Below, piece after piece: positions 12,051-25,176 of a stretch of 64,000 nucleotides of DNA. The first letter of the stretch is position 1; the number at the start of each line of letters is the position of its first letter. Source of the stretch: Lama glama. Taxonomy: Eukaryota. Below the pieces are notes generated by a model, which was given only the letters and a program-made list of their open reading frames with translations, did no database searches and had not been told where the DNA came from. The position numbers and the translations under genes are program-made. Location: contig CM052816.1 of NCBI GenBank assembly GCA_028534125.1, forward strand, positions 43,092,001-43,156,000, in the 5' to 3' direction.

Positions 12051-13689
12051 GTGGCCAGAGGCAAAAGAGGAGAAAGTGAAGCTGAGACGGAACATAATTG
12101 CTGAAATCAGAGTGTAGTCTGTGTTGAGTACCTAGATAAGCAATTTAAGCTTTATCCAGTGAACACTGAGACTATAGATGGTAATACTTGAGGCAAGTCT
12201 TCTGCAGTTACTCTTTTTAGTCCTAGGAGGCAAATTTCCTGTCTTTGTTCTATTTTCTCATAAACCTTTTCCTCTGGCTACAGTATTTTAATCTTAGTGA
12301 TTAAATATTAATCTATTGCTTCTGATAGCCATATCCATTGTAATGTAATTCTTGCATTTTGAATACAGGCATCAGGTAACACCTCTCCCCAGGTATTCTC
12401 TTACTGTCCAGGGAATAGTTGAGTTCTCATTGATTGAAATCACTTGTGGTCCTAATATGTCAGTCAAAATTATGTATTTTAAGGGTATGTGATTTAGTAA
12501 CTACTTTAAAAAAAATAATGTCTTTGTTTTCCATAGTCCATAATAACTTTTATTTGTTGTAAGCAATTTCAAGTAAATAAGTTACAATGTTCAGTTCAAC
12601 AAATTATATAAATGAAATACCTTAAAGTCAATTTTTTTTCTTTAAAAAAAATGGTTGAAATATTTTTTACTATATGGAATGTAATTTGTGCAGATGACTA
12701 TGTGAATGAAGTGGGAACATGTTCGATGAATATACTTTTTTATTGTTAGGCTCTGAGAGTGTTTGTCATGATCTCTCAGAGCCCTTTGTACACGTGAGAT
12801 CTTGGAGATCTGCCCCATGGTGGTGCTGCCTCTACTCCTTAGCAGTAGAGTCATTGGCCTGAAAGCACGGAAGTGGCACGCAACGGCACAAGAGATCCCA
12901 CACTTTTCCTTATTCATTCAGCAAATAAGTGTTGTGCATGTAGTACAAAGGAAGTACCACTAACAAAAGGTGAATTTTACTTCTTGGTAACTCTGTGCAG
13001 TGCCTCATATAGGAGCAAGTATCATACAGACAGTACATGTTTGATGACAAAAAATGTGGTAATTCATCTATGCCTGGGAAGAAGATCAGGGAGGGCTTTG
13101 TAGGACTCTGTCAGTTGAGTAGGGTCCTCAGTGCAGCTCCCCAAACAGGAAGAAGTCTTAGAAATACCATGAATTACGAGCTGCTTTTTACAAAAGAGTG
13201 AGAATCTTGCTAAGGGACAGTGAAATGTTTCAAGAATTTGTATCTTAAGGATTTTCGTGAAAAATGCACTTACCTGCATTTTGATTACATTCCTATTAAA
13301 GAGGAATATTTTGACGTGAAGAGCTAAATGCTGATAGGGCAGGCTCATCTGTGTGGAGTATTTAAAGCTCTTAAGAAAGAAGGAAAATGGGAGAGAAATT
13401 CCTTTGAGTGGCAGAGAGAAAAATAAACACACTGATTCCATTTTCTCCTTGGGGGGAAAAGTGTGGAAAGCCAGGTCTCAAGCAGTCTGAGCAAGTTTCA
13501 CTTCCATATAGGACTGGAGCTCTTTGTTAGTGTATGAAAAGCAAGAAGTAGCCTTGTGTCATTTCAGGTATGTCAGAATTCTTCCATAAAGGCTTAATTC
13601 AGGAGATGCAGCTTCCCAATAGTGGCCACAGATTTAATATCCATACCCATGGGGACTGAAGCCAGCAAGGGACATGGTCACAGTGGGGT

Positions 13690-14035
13690 GACAGAAACTT
13701 TGCCCAGGAGCCCAGATACAAGAGAACGGGGTGTTACTATAGTTATCAGAAGTCCTGAAAAAGATGTCATATGACTACTTCTCACCACTAGTTTGGAGTG
13801 GAAACTGTCACTACTGGGTCAAGGCAGTCTGTAGTGGGTGTTCCTTATCCATCCTTCTCCCTCCTTCTGTCAGTGGATGCAGGGGGCTCCCTCTAAGGCT
13901 TTGGAATCACAGAGCCACAATTTGAGAGGAGCTTAGGTCCCTGAAAAACCATTTAGAGAAAAGCCACCTGCCAACTACTAATGTTCACATTAGAAATTGA
14001 AGGCCACTTGAAATTTATGTTCAGCCACCTGATCA
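13690..14035 (+). mobile_element. Old MaLR LTR remnant (MLT1-like)
   Basis: 'gagccacaa…ggagcttaggtccctga…agccacctgccaac'. Confidence 0.45.
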
Positions 14036-14066
14036 CCCTAATTCTTTTTACAAATTAGAATTAAGA

Positions 14067-14279
14067 AAGGTGGCCAGATTGAACAAATAAAAAGACAGGC
14101 TATCCAGTTAAATTTGAATTTCAGATAATAACAAATGATCTTTAATATATTAATCATTTAGTGTAAGAATAATTTCAGTATATGTTGTAAATATTGTATG
14201 CCTAATTATACTAAAACTTATTCAGTTTATCTGAAATCCAAGTTTAACAAGACATCCTATATTTTATCTGATAACCCTA
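14067..14279. mobile_element. MER53 palindromic hAT MITE
   Basis: Long inverted arms 'ggtggccagatt…ccagttaaatttgaatttcagataa' / 'tttatctgaaatccaagtttaac…atctgataacccta'. Confidence 0.85.
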
Positions 14280-16719
14280 GGAATTATGAGTAAGCAAATT
14301 AAAGAGTAGGTGACGTGGTTATGTTTAGATAATTAATTCGTGTATGAAGCATTTTATTTTGGAAGAGATTTGCTTCTGAGCAAATGTTTTCTTTAATTTC
14401 TCCCTCTGTGATGAATTGCAGAGTTAAAAATCCCGAGACATTTACTGTTGCAGATGATCTAAAGTGAGAATTTGCTTAAGGGGCTGCTTGTAGACCTGTC
14501 CGGAAAATGAATAAGAATGGAAAGTGGTTAAAAAGAAGAAAAAGAGAAAATGAATTAAATGTTTTACACAAGGGGATAATTTTCTTAAGGGGAAAAATAA
14601 TTCTATCACTTGAATTTCATACTCTTTTGATGGAGATAAAGGGAAAATACTCACTGTATTTTCAAAGAAAATTATGCAGCACTCAGGAATACCATCACCG
14701 TATTCGTGTTGATTGTTTTTCTGCCTGCTTATGAAGTCAGAATATGTGAACTCAGATGCAGAAATAATAAATCGTAGTTACAAAGAATTTCAAACAGTTT
14801 CCAGTCAGAGAAAACATAGTTGATTGACATTGGTATTTTAATTTAAAAGCCCTTAACATAAACTAGAAAAGCGGTAAGAAAAATGCCTTTCCAAAATAAA
14901 AACATGAGAAAATTAATGTGACAGATTTAAAGAAGGAGAATCAGTGACTCTCTACTGTCATTTAATTAAATATCCACCCCCCTTTATTTTTTTACAGAGA
15001 ACTGAAACCCAGAAAACTTATGAATATGCCCCAAGTCTACACAGCTAGTTAGTGCTACAAACCCCAGCCATACGTATTTTCTTACATTATCTCCTTCTCC
15101 TACAGAGAAATTCCTATAATGGAAGCAAATTTAGAGAAAAAAGATCAAATTCTGTTCCATCACTAAGAGGGCAATACTTCATTTAACTGCTTGAAGAACA
15201 AAAGTAGAACTTATATAAGATGAAACATCTCTCAATAGGAGTAGTGAATCAAAAAAAATGTTAAGATATATATGCGGTTTATACTCTACTGAATATACAG
15301 TATTGCAGTACTACTGCTCGCTATATAAGATAATGTCTTATAGGCCAATGTTTTATTTTTTCCCTTTCATTTGAAACAGTGAAGGGATTTTCTCAGCAAG
15401 AATGAACCAAGAGAACATTTAGAAAACTTTCATGAGAAAGGATGAATTTTTTAACATTAAGTTAGTGCCCACCAGGAAACATCAGTACAGGACATACATA
15501 TTGGGACAGCAGCACACTTTACAAACATTGTCTATCTAACCTGAAAAGTCACAGTTTATCTAACATCTTGGCAACTGAAGCCATGGTCATTCAATAGTTA
15601 CTGATCCTCAACTGCGTAGTAGGAACAGTGCCAGGCTCTGGCATAGACTTGGGCTTTTCTGATACTTTCTTTCTACTCCACTGTACTCTATCTTTCACTC
15701 TTTAAAAATAAATATGAAATTAAGGATATTTTGGTTAAAATAGTAATTAGAAGAATATACTTTGGATAGATTCATATACAAAGAAAACAAATTTTGAGTT
15801 TATAAGTTAAAAAAATTCTTAAACATTATATTTTAATAGTCAATAAAATTAAAATTCTGGAGGTCTGGATCACATGGACTTATTCAAAGATTAAGAATAC
15901 TATTTCTAATATTGCTTTCCAGTTTAGGCCATCTTTTAAGGTGTGACTTAGTATTTAATCCTCATTCCTGCCAATATTGTGCCTTTACTGAGTAGAGCCA
16001 GAAAATGGTACTAAATGATGCTGTCAGGTTTATATGTAAATCCTCAGGGAAAAGCACGAAGTTAAGTAGTATTCATACTTGGCAGATCAGTAGTGATTGT
16101 GACATGGAATCTCATTGTTACAGAACAAAGTAGGTTATTATTGAAGCTGGGAGAGATGAAAGTAACCCAGAATTTTTGTAACCCAGAGTTTTCCTTGCCA
16201 CCAAAATGACGTGTGTGCCACTTTCACAGTTTCACATTAGATCATGGTAATCCATTAATATTTTGGCTGAAATGTCTCAGAGCAATATCATGGGTCTTTG
16301 GGGAATAATCCTTTAAAAAATAATTTGATGTAATCTTGCTAACATTATATAGTCTGTATATTTAGCCACGTGTGTGGTAGCTTTACCATTTCCCTCACAG
16401 CCCATAAATAATCTGAACGAGAAAGTCATATTGCTTTGTTTTCATTTAACAGTGTTTCCACCACCCCTCCCCCCATCTCCCCACCGCCATGACTTTCCTC
16501 TCCTATAATTTTAGGCCAACAGAGAAGTATGTGAAAACCCTGACAAGTAATTTTTTCATTTCTTTTTCAAAATATAATTTTTAGTATTTTCTAATAATTG
16601 AAAAAGTAGCCTTTTCTCTCAAAGAAATGAGATTCTGTTTATAATGAAGTATATATAGAGAGAGATAAGTAGATCTAAACCTATAGATATCTAAATATAA
16701 CATTATATTATAAACATTT

Positions 16720-17900
16720 ATATATGTCTGCTTCCCTCTGCAGTGTTATTAATGCTATTCTTAGGCTGCTTCTCTTCTCACTTCGCCTGGTTTTCCTAGG
16801 CATCTCCTTTACGTCAGTAGTGTCAGACTGTCTGCATGCTAAATGACTCCCAGGTCTAAATGTCTGAGATGACTGTTCTGCTGACCTCCAGATCCAAAGC
16901 CTCAGCTGCCTGCATGGCATCTCAACAAGTTTCCCAAAGGGACCACAATGTCTCCTACAAACCCAACTCTAGTTCCTGAATTCCCCTATACTTCTCCACA
17001 TTGTCTATATTCAGGAGTACCGCAGAGCAATCAAGAATATAGGCTGTGAGAGCAGACTGCCTAGGTTCAAACCCAACTTTGTCATTTTCCAGTTGGTGAC
17101 CTTGGGCTAATTAATCCACCTATCTGTGCCTCAGTTTCCTGGTCTTTAAAATTGGCATAATATCTGTCTCTTGGTGGCGAATGAGTATTGAATGGACAGA
17201 GCTCTCAGGACAGTCCTAGAACATTACACATGTTCTCTAAATCTTAAACTATTATTACTGTTTCCAATATGTGCATAATCTAGTCAGTCTCTCAAATTAG
17301 AAACTATTAATTTTCTTCCTTCTCTCTTCACAATTGATTTGATCACCTGGACAGACCATTACTACTCCCTAAAAGTCTATTCTATTTGTCCTTCCTTTTC
17401 CCCCTGACAACACTATTTTAGTTGAGGTCCTCATCATTTCTCACCCAGCATAGTGTTTCTTACCCAGGATAGTGTATCTCCCTGCTTCCATCTAATCCTC
17501 CCTTACTATTTACAACTTGTCTAATAGTATCACTTCCTTGATTACAAAACTTCAGTAACTCCTTATGGCCTATGAGATAGAATCAAAAATTTTCATAGTA
17601 CATACAAGGTCCTTCATGGTCTGGCGTCTTCTGCTTATCTTTCCAACTTCATCCCCTGGGCTTTCCCTCTGCAAGCCCTCCATCCTTACCTGGCTATTTG
17701 CAGTTCCCCAAACATACCACGCTATTCTCATGCCTTTGTTTATTTCCACATGGATTACCTCTTTTGCATGTGCGTTGCCTTTGCCTACTTATCTGCTTGG
17801 TGAATTTCTCATTTGCTAAGACTCAGCTTTAAGGCTTTCTCTTCAGGGGGCTCTTTCTGATCTCATTAGGTAGAACTTGATGCCTTTTTTTTGTGTGTGT
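16720..17900 (+). mobile_element. L2 fragments interrupted by a MIR (~17015-17260)
   Basis: Pyrimidine-rich L2 text. MIR: 'cagactgcctaggttcaaaccc…gtgaccttgggc…tctgtgcctcagtttcc'. Confidence 0.7.
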
Positions 17901-17964
17901 ATTTTTGTTTTATCTGTGGTACTTTCGTTATCTGTGTGATATATCATGCATCTTCCAGACGAAT

Positions 17965-18150
17965 GCCTCTTAAATTTCAATGTATCTAAGAATTAGGCGT
18001 ACAACTTGTAAAAATTCAAAATTATGGGTCCTATCATCAGAAATCCTGATCCCATCAGAAATCCTGATCCACTAGATCAGGATGGACCCTAAGCCTCTGT
18101 ATATTTTGAAATTCGCAGGTATACCTGGTGCATACCCATATTTTAGACCA
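17965..18150. mobile_element. MER5-like hAT-Charlie remnant with internal 18-bp tandem duplication
   Basis: 'cttgtaaaaattcaaaattatgggtcc…ctgtatatttt'; catcagaaatcctgatcc x2 at 18035-18070. Confidence 0.5.
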
Positions 18151-19412
18151 TTGTTCTGTTTTTTATCTCTTTATCCTTGGAACTTAGCACAGTACATAAA
18201 GTATATATTATGTGTCCTTAACAAGTACTTGTTGGAAATAAAATATGGCACTCTGTTTCTGATGAGCTAACATACATGGTGATAGAACAGCTAATGGATC
18301 CGGCACATAGTGTGTGATGTTTGGATATAGGAATGAGTGATTAAATGAATGAATGAATGAATGAAAAGAGCTCAAAGAAGCTAGAGAAACTATTCACATA
18401 GCCCCTTGAACCTCTCAAATATTGCAAATGTCAGATATGTTTTCTGAATTTTGGATAATTGAGATTTGAAGTCAGTGGTTGAGCTCTCTGAAGATACATT
18501 TGAAGACATGATACTATAGTTTGGATTTTTTATACTAGATGAACAGACAAATCATTTTTTAAAGTTGACAACCTTTCATAGAGATCAGGTACCCTGACTT
18601 GAATTCTTCTCTAGACGTGATGTCATTTTACTTCTACTTTGGTACAGACTAGGATGGTTGCTTCAATAAAATATATTTTCAAAAAATAATCATCTCAAAA
18701 ATATGGATAAATACTAATTAAAAACTCAAAAATTCTGTACCATAACAGAAGAAATAAGATATTTCTGAGTTTTAACCATTTGCTTTTGAAGTTTAACCAT
18801 TTATCTAAATTACATATGCCATTAAAATTATATGTCTTTTAGAAGTGGCTTGCTTTAAGTTGGCTGTTTTTTCCCCCCTGGATCTCTTACAATAATATCC
18901 TTAAAGCATACTAGATTTAATATCTTTGCAAAAATATATCCTGTAATTTTTGAAGCTGTCATGGCTTTTTTATTTCTGTTTTCACTGTTTTCATCTCTGA
19001 CAGGTTCTAGAATTAATTTGTACACAGAGGGTTGTAAAGCTTTTATATAGCATTGCATTATGCAAAGGTCTATGGAAAAGTGAAATTCACCAAAAAATGT
19101 TTTGTGGCTAAAATCTCAAGATGAGATTTACAATAAATGAATGATATGTAGTGATCAAAATACCAATGAAACTTGTTTGCCATTTGACGAACGCTTACAA
19201 AAAAGAGCAAGGTATTGTCACGATTCATGTTGTAGGGGTCTGTTAATTAGCAGGCAGGCTCAATATATAATACTTTGTATACACTTACTGTCAATTCCAT
19301 TTATTTACTTAGCCAAGGACTTTATTTTAAATAGGGTGATGTATAATTTCCTCTAGGTGCTGTGGATATAATAATATAAGCTTAGAGTAAATACTGATAT
19401 TTGAGCTACAAA

Positions 19413-19607
19413 CAGGGTTTGGCAAGTATTTTCTGTAAAAAATCAGATAGTAAGTGTTTTAGGTTTTGCAGGCCATGCAGTTTCTGTCATGACTGCTCAG
19501 CATTGTCAATGTAGCAGGAAAGCAGTCATAAACAATACATAAAGGAAAGGGTGTGGCTGTGTTTCAATAAAATTTTATTCACAGAAGCTGCAGCTGGCTG
19601 GTCCTTG
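19413..19607 (+). mobile_element. MER58A-like hAT-Charlie
   Basis: 'cagggtttggcaag…cagatagtaagtgttttaggttttgcaggcca…gggtgtggctgtgtttcaataaaattttatt'. Confidence 0.85.
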
Positions 19608-21009
19608 ATCTACATAGTCATATTTCTGATTCCAAAAATGAGACTCTAGAATAGGTCATGATTGCATGTGACTTTGTGCATTGTCTACTTGTTTATCACT
19701 AGAAATCTTAAACTTTTCCCCTACTATTTTCAGTGATATGTTTAGCTGTTACTCCTTGATTTGAAAGGTAAATTAAATGCAAATTTCTTGCCTCCTCTAG
19801 CCCCATCTGTACCGCTGACCACCACGGGCAAGTTGCTAAAGTTTTCTATTCTCAAATTTTCTGTATGGGCAGTTGAATTCCTTTGCTAGAATAATATAAA
19901 CTAGAAAATTAACTCTCAGGTAAGTTCATGAAATACTAGCTTATCTGTAGGGCATCCTAGGATCCAGTGCCTTTATCCTGTCTCTTAGCTCTCCAGGGCC
20001 TTTTATGGCAGCATCTTCCTCTATTAAAAAATAAAAGCTAGCCAATTCGTTAATACATCTAATACCTAACATCTACTTTTGGATGTATTTGGATTTCCAT
20101 TGGCTTTCTTAAGATAATTTTGGCCCTCCAAAGTGAAACTCATATAGATATATATACATATATATATTTATATTCTTATTCGAAATTTTCACATATATCC
20201 TTTGACAACAGTATTTGGGGCACAGAGTACATCTTAATGACAGCAATATTGGATACCTTATTAAGGTGATGTGAGAGTTTTGGGGTTAAGTTTTTAGTCA
20301 CTCCTCAAATTACACTTCCCAGAGTGCTTGGCTCCTCTGTTTACTCAAAAGACCAGCCGTGAAGGCATGAGAAAACGTGAATTAATAGAGTTTCACCTGT
20401 ACATTAGATATGGGGGAAATTACATTTTATTGCCAATCAGTGTGCTGAAATACTTAGTTGTAAAACTGGTCTGTGGCTTTAATTGACGAGTGACATTGAT
20501 ATAAAAACTGCTATATTTTTGTTCAAATATTTACAGTTAATTAGAGGAAGCAGCAGACATTTATAATAAATGTACAGATTTTAGTCTAAACACAGATTGC
20601 TCATATTGGCATCTCATTGGGAATGTGTTCTGTAATGAATCATTTAGTCTACTTATCTTTGTTCTTTATCTTTAGAACCATTATCAGGGTGACTGTGAAG
20701 AAAGCAGATGAGAGTTTTAAAAAATGTTACCATAGAACATCACATGCTAGGGAAGTAGTAGTTGTGAACGAGACTGGTTTGAGTTAATGTAGATGGGGAA
20801 TGGGATTACTGCTTAAGTTAAAGCTTACCCTCACTAGTGTGTAATGTATATATAGTATAATTAAAACTCATGAAAGAGGTTTCCAAAGTGGTTTGGGCAT
20901 TTGATTCAGATTCAGATTTGATTTGATTTTAATTCATTTTGCAGTTCAGATCATCACTTATGAAGTGTATTTGCTGGCCCTGCAATGTATCAGGGACAGC
21001 CAAGGTGGT

Positions 21010-21570
21010 CATTCATTTTTTTCATGCCGTGTAATAAGTTATCATCAATTTAGCAACTTAAAAGCAACAAAAATGTGTTACTCACAGTTTCCATGGATCT
21101 GGAGTCAGGCTTCCTTTTCTCAGGGTCCTCTGCTCAGAATCTCACCAACTGTGTCAAGATGTTGGTCACACTTCTGTGTTCTCTGAAGCTTTGAGTACTC
21201 TTCCAGGTCTAGTAAGGTTACTGGCAGAATTCAGTTCCTTGTGGCTATAGAACTGAGGTCCCTATTGTCTTGCTGGCTGACAGCCAGGGGTTGCCCTCAG
21301 CTCCTGGCGGCCACTTCACAATACAGCAGTTTAGGTCTTCAAAGCCAGCTGGAGAAGACTCTCCCCAATCTGCTGTGAGGAAGTCTGTGTAGTGTGTTGT
21401 GAGCAAGGAAGTGACTATCCCACCACCTTTGTCAGATTGGAACCTCTGCAGGGAAAGCCCATTCTATCATATTCACAGGCCTCCCCACACTGAAGGGAAA
21501 GGGATTATACAGGCTGTGGACACCAGGGAGCAGGAATTTGAGGGGCCATCTTAGAATTGACTTCTATAGT
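21010..21570 (-). mobile_element. MLT1E/F-like MaLR LTR
   Basis: 'aatttagcaacttaaaagcaaca', 'ggcagaattcagttccttgtggctatagaactgaggtcc', ends 'ggggccatcttagaatt'. Confidence 0.85.
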
Positions 21571-24500
21571 TAATGCAATTTAGGTGTCTCCTTCCGTGGC
21601 TGTGCAGTTTGATGGTTCCAGCCGTCTTGTTTGTAGGTTGCTATCTTGGAATATGATTAAAATCCTAAACTTGGGTGCCAGTCTTTTTGTCTTTGTTACA
21701 GGCTCCATATGGGGGCTCAAATTTAAACATTTTAAAGGATCAGGGTATTAGGAGGCAAAAAAATCTGAATTATTCCTACCTTGGTTTCCGTCTCTTTTGT
21801 TAGCCATTAGAAAACAAAACAGTCATACCATAATGATTGGTTTCACATGTATAATGTATATTTGAAGGAATTTTATACTCAAAGGGATTAGGTAGACAAG
21901 AATTCAACAGTCTTGGCAAAAACCTTTCTTAGAATATAGGAATGTGTGAAGCCTCATTTTCCACAAATTATATGTTCAATATTTCCTATTTTTTCCTTCT
22001 TCTTACCTTGACCTCTGCAAAATGCCTTCAATATCAGCTCAACATCTCCTCATATGTGTCGTTTTATTCTAATAATGCAGTCCTTTCTTATTTTTCTAAT
22101 TCCCCTTTTATATACACTGCATGATATGAATAGAACTCTAATGAGCTACTATTTTTCTTTAAAGTAAAAGGAAATTTTGATTTCACTACTAATTATTTGT
22201 ATGTTTATATTCCTAATGCCATCTGTTTTGTTTCTATTCATTTTCACTGAGCATATTAACTATAAAATTATGCAAAATTATACTTTCTATTTACAAAACA
22301 TAGCCACCTGGCACCTAACTTGTGGTAATTCTCATCTTCTCTGTAAGTCACACAACTCATCATATTTGCACGTTAATCAACTTTTCTTTATGTATTGAGA
22401 AAGAAAACTTCTCTAAGGATATCCATTAAGGTTCTCACTAATAAACCATGGGAAGAACAAAATTATCACAGAATGTATTTACCATGGTTACACTTTCCAC
22501 TTTTATAGAAACAATTCTAGTATTTAATATTATTATAAGTGGTACATCATACTTCAAGTTAATTTTTTCAATATTCTAAGTGATCTAATTTTTGTTAGCT
22601 TTCTTTATTGTTTCACTTATTTAAAAAATTGCTCTAGTGGGAATTTGGGGCAATATCCACCAAATTTTAGTTACAGAATTGAATAAGTTGTTTGCCATAA
22701 TTGCATGGAGCCCCATTCTTTTGGTTTCTAGTAAGGATCCTATGTAATTTCATTTTGAGGAAGTTAATTTATGTTAGTTAAAAAATTCTTAATTAGTATA
22801 TAAATATTTGGCAGCTGTCTTGTCTTTTATAGCTGAAATGGGACTTACATTTCGTCTAATTCTATTCCTTTATTTCATAAATGAGGAAATGAATATCAAG
22901 GGAGTTAACACTGAGGAGAAATGTTCAAAAGTTGAGAATAGTTCCCTGGCCTTAGGTTTCTGTTGGTATAAAAACTTCATTTTGGTGCATGAGTGTGCTG
23001 TACTTTTTGATTGTATTACCCTAACCCCTGCAAGCTTTTTTCTCTTATGAAAGGTACACCATAATTAAAATTAATTTTTTCCAGTATTCTAGGTGTGCTT
23101 AATTTTCATTAGCTCCAATTTTCATTAGCTGCTCTAATTCTTTCAAAGAAGCTCCCATAGTAGCTGCTAGTATGAAACAGCTGAGTCCTGGGCATGCACC
23201 TAGTTGACCTCTGAGGGAGGTCACAGTGTCAGGTATCTCCTGGTGGCTGAGTGACACAGAGTGACAAGATGAGCACACATCACCAATACAGCAAAACAGC
23301 AGCACCACAACCACCAAAAATTCAAAGGTTTCCTTTGGCAGCGTTGTTATGTCAGATTCCAAGAGGATTAAAATGTATTTTTTATCAAAAAGGAATATTT
23401 CTTTCCTCATTAAACTTTACTTAGTATTTTTTCAAGCATGATTTTCAGATTCGAGAGATAAAAATATACTTTCTTAATTTTTTTGGAAGTGTAATTAAAA
23501 AATCTTTGATTTTAGAAAGCCAAGCACAGATAATTCATTCAAAGGCCTCTAATTACTCATTCTCTTTGGAGAGGGGATTAAAAAAAAACAAAAAACCTCC
23601 TAAAAACAAAGACTGTTCCTAATGAGGCTTCAGAATCCTGCAGACCTTCCTGGCAATTGAGAGCTTTATTTCCTCTTTATGGGAAAGTATTTTGGCTCAC
23701 TGCCTCTTCATCACCCCTCAGAGAGAGAACTGCAAAACAGACTGAAGGACCTATTTTTCGTGACTTTGAAACTTTGTTTTATCTATTGCCCTTACACTGA
23801 GTTTGTCAAACCTCTGTGCGAACTTTAATGGGTGGGAGCTTTTCCTCTCATTTCACTCTCCACCTTCATTACCACACACAGATATCTGAGGATTGGACGG
23901 AGGGACGTCAGTATCACAGAGCCTGAGCCTGCTGTCCTGGGCATGGTTTATTGTGTGTTTGGCCTACTGAGCTTGTCAGTTGAACTGGCCAGGATTTAAT
24001 TTAGGTTCATTAATCTTCTTGTATCCATACAGTGATTACTGTAATGGCATATTGTTGGTTAAGGAATGTGGATATGTTTTATTTCCTTCAATGGTAATGA
24101 TGGATTTCCAAGACCACATGCCCATATCCATCTTCCCTTTATCAGATGACTGGTTGAAAATAGGGAAGTATATATTCTGTCTGGAAAAGAAGGATTATTT
24201 GGGACCAAGCTCATGTCTTTGGTATCCTTAGCAAGGGTTACTAGGCAGCAGAGCTAACCAGCCACAAAGCCTATGTTGACAGTGTTCCTGTATCTAATTG
24301 GTCTAATCAGTCCATGTGAGACTTTTTTCCCCTTTGGCAAACTCCACACAAACAATGGAATATAAATAAAGGATGGAGCTAGAAGTTTTCTTTTCCCTGC
24401 TACCGTGCCCTGCAGAAATATTTGCCAAAAGAACACAATGAAGGAGTAAAATTTAACAATTGTTATTAATGAAGCTAAGTATATCTAGAATCACTCCCTG

Positions 24501-25158
24501 GATCCAAACTTATCCACTTTCTAGAACTAGTATTTTTCCCGATATCTGGTAACATTTCCTAGTTTTTAAATAGAGGATTATTGTAGATAGTAGCCATATA
24601 TTTTGTGATGAACCTTCAAAAAGAATAGCTGAGAGTTAAGGCCCAGTATATAAGAGAAATCTTGTACCCTATGCATAGAATGCATTTCTCTGGCTTGGGG
24701 TTTTCAATCTGATGTGCCTGAGGCTTCCTGCCCAAGCTCATTTCCACTGCATGCCCAATTTGAAGATGCAAAAATAGTGGAATAGAGTTTGGAATGATCC
24801 TGGTATTTTGATTGGATTTAAGTTAGGAATGAATCCAAATTACTTCTCATTTTTGAATTCCCATTGCATCTTACTTGGTGGTGGAGAGCAAGTGACATTA
24901 TTTTTAGGCTTTAGTTCAGTTTTCTTTAGTTACTGTTTTGTCTGTATTAAATGACTTTTAGATTTTAAAAATGGGTGTTAATTGCACTCATAATTTAAAG
25001 TTTTTTTCCCCATACTGTTGAACTAGTTTAAAGGAAAGATAAATGGCAAAGTATTATCTTTGGCTATAGCCTACAATATTTGTCAGTAAAGACCTAAATA
25101 AGTGTTAGTATTTGCGGCTGCTGATTGTCTAGGGAGGAAGCCATAGGATGTTACTAGG

Positions 25159-25176
25159 GTGTGTGTGTGTGTGTGT
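25159..25176. repeat. (GT)n microsatellite
   Basis: Directly visible. Confidence 0.9.

Noticed and set aside
12749..12910. H/ACA snoRNA interpretation of the twin hairpins
   Set aside because: No ANANNA hinge on either strand and no pseudouridylation pocket in the short hairpin.
18035..18070. Short local duplications (also ~16160-16190, ~34599-34632, ~38688-38770, ~46981-47028, ~51508-51532)
   Set aside because: Two-copy slippage-type duplications without spacers; not CRISPR-like or an array.
18259..18300. CTGATGA as hammerhead ribozyme core (also at 49081)
   Set aside because: No stem II followed by GAAA, nor flanking helices.
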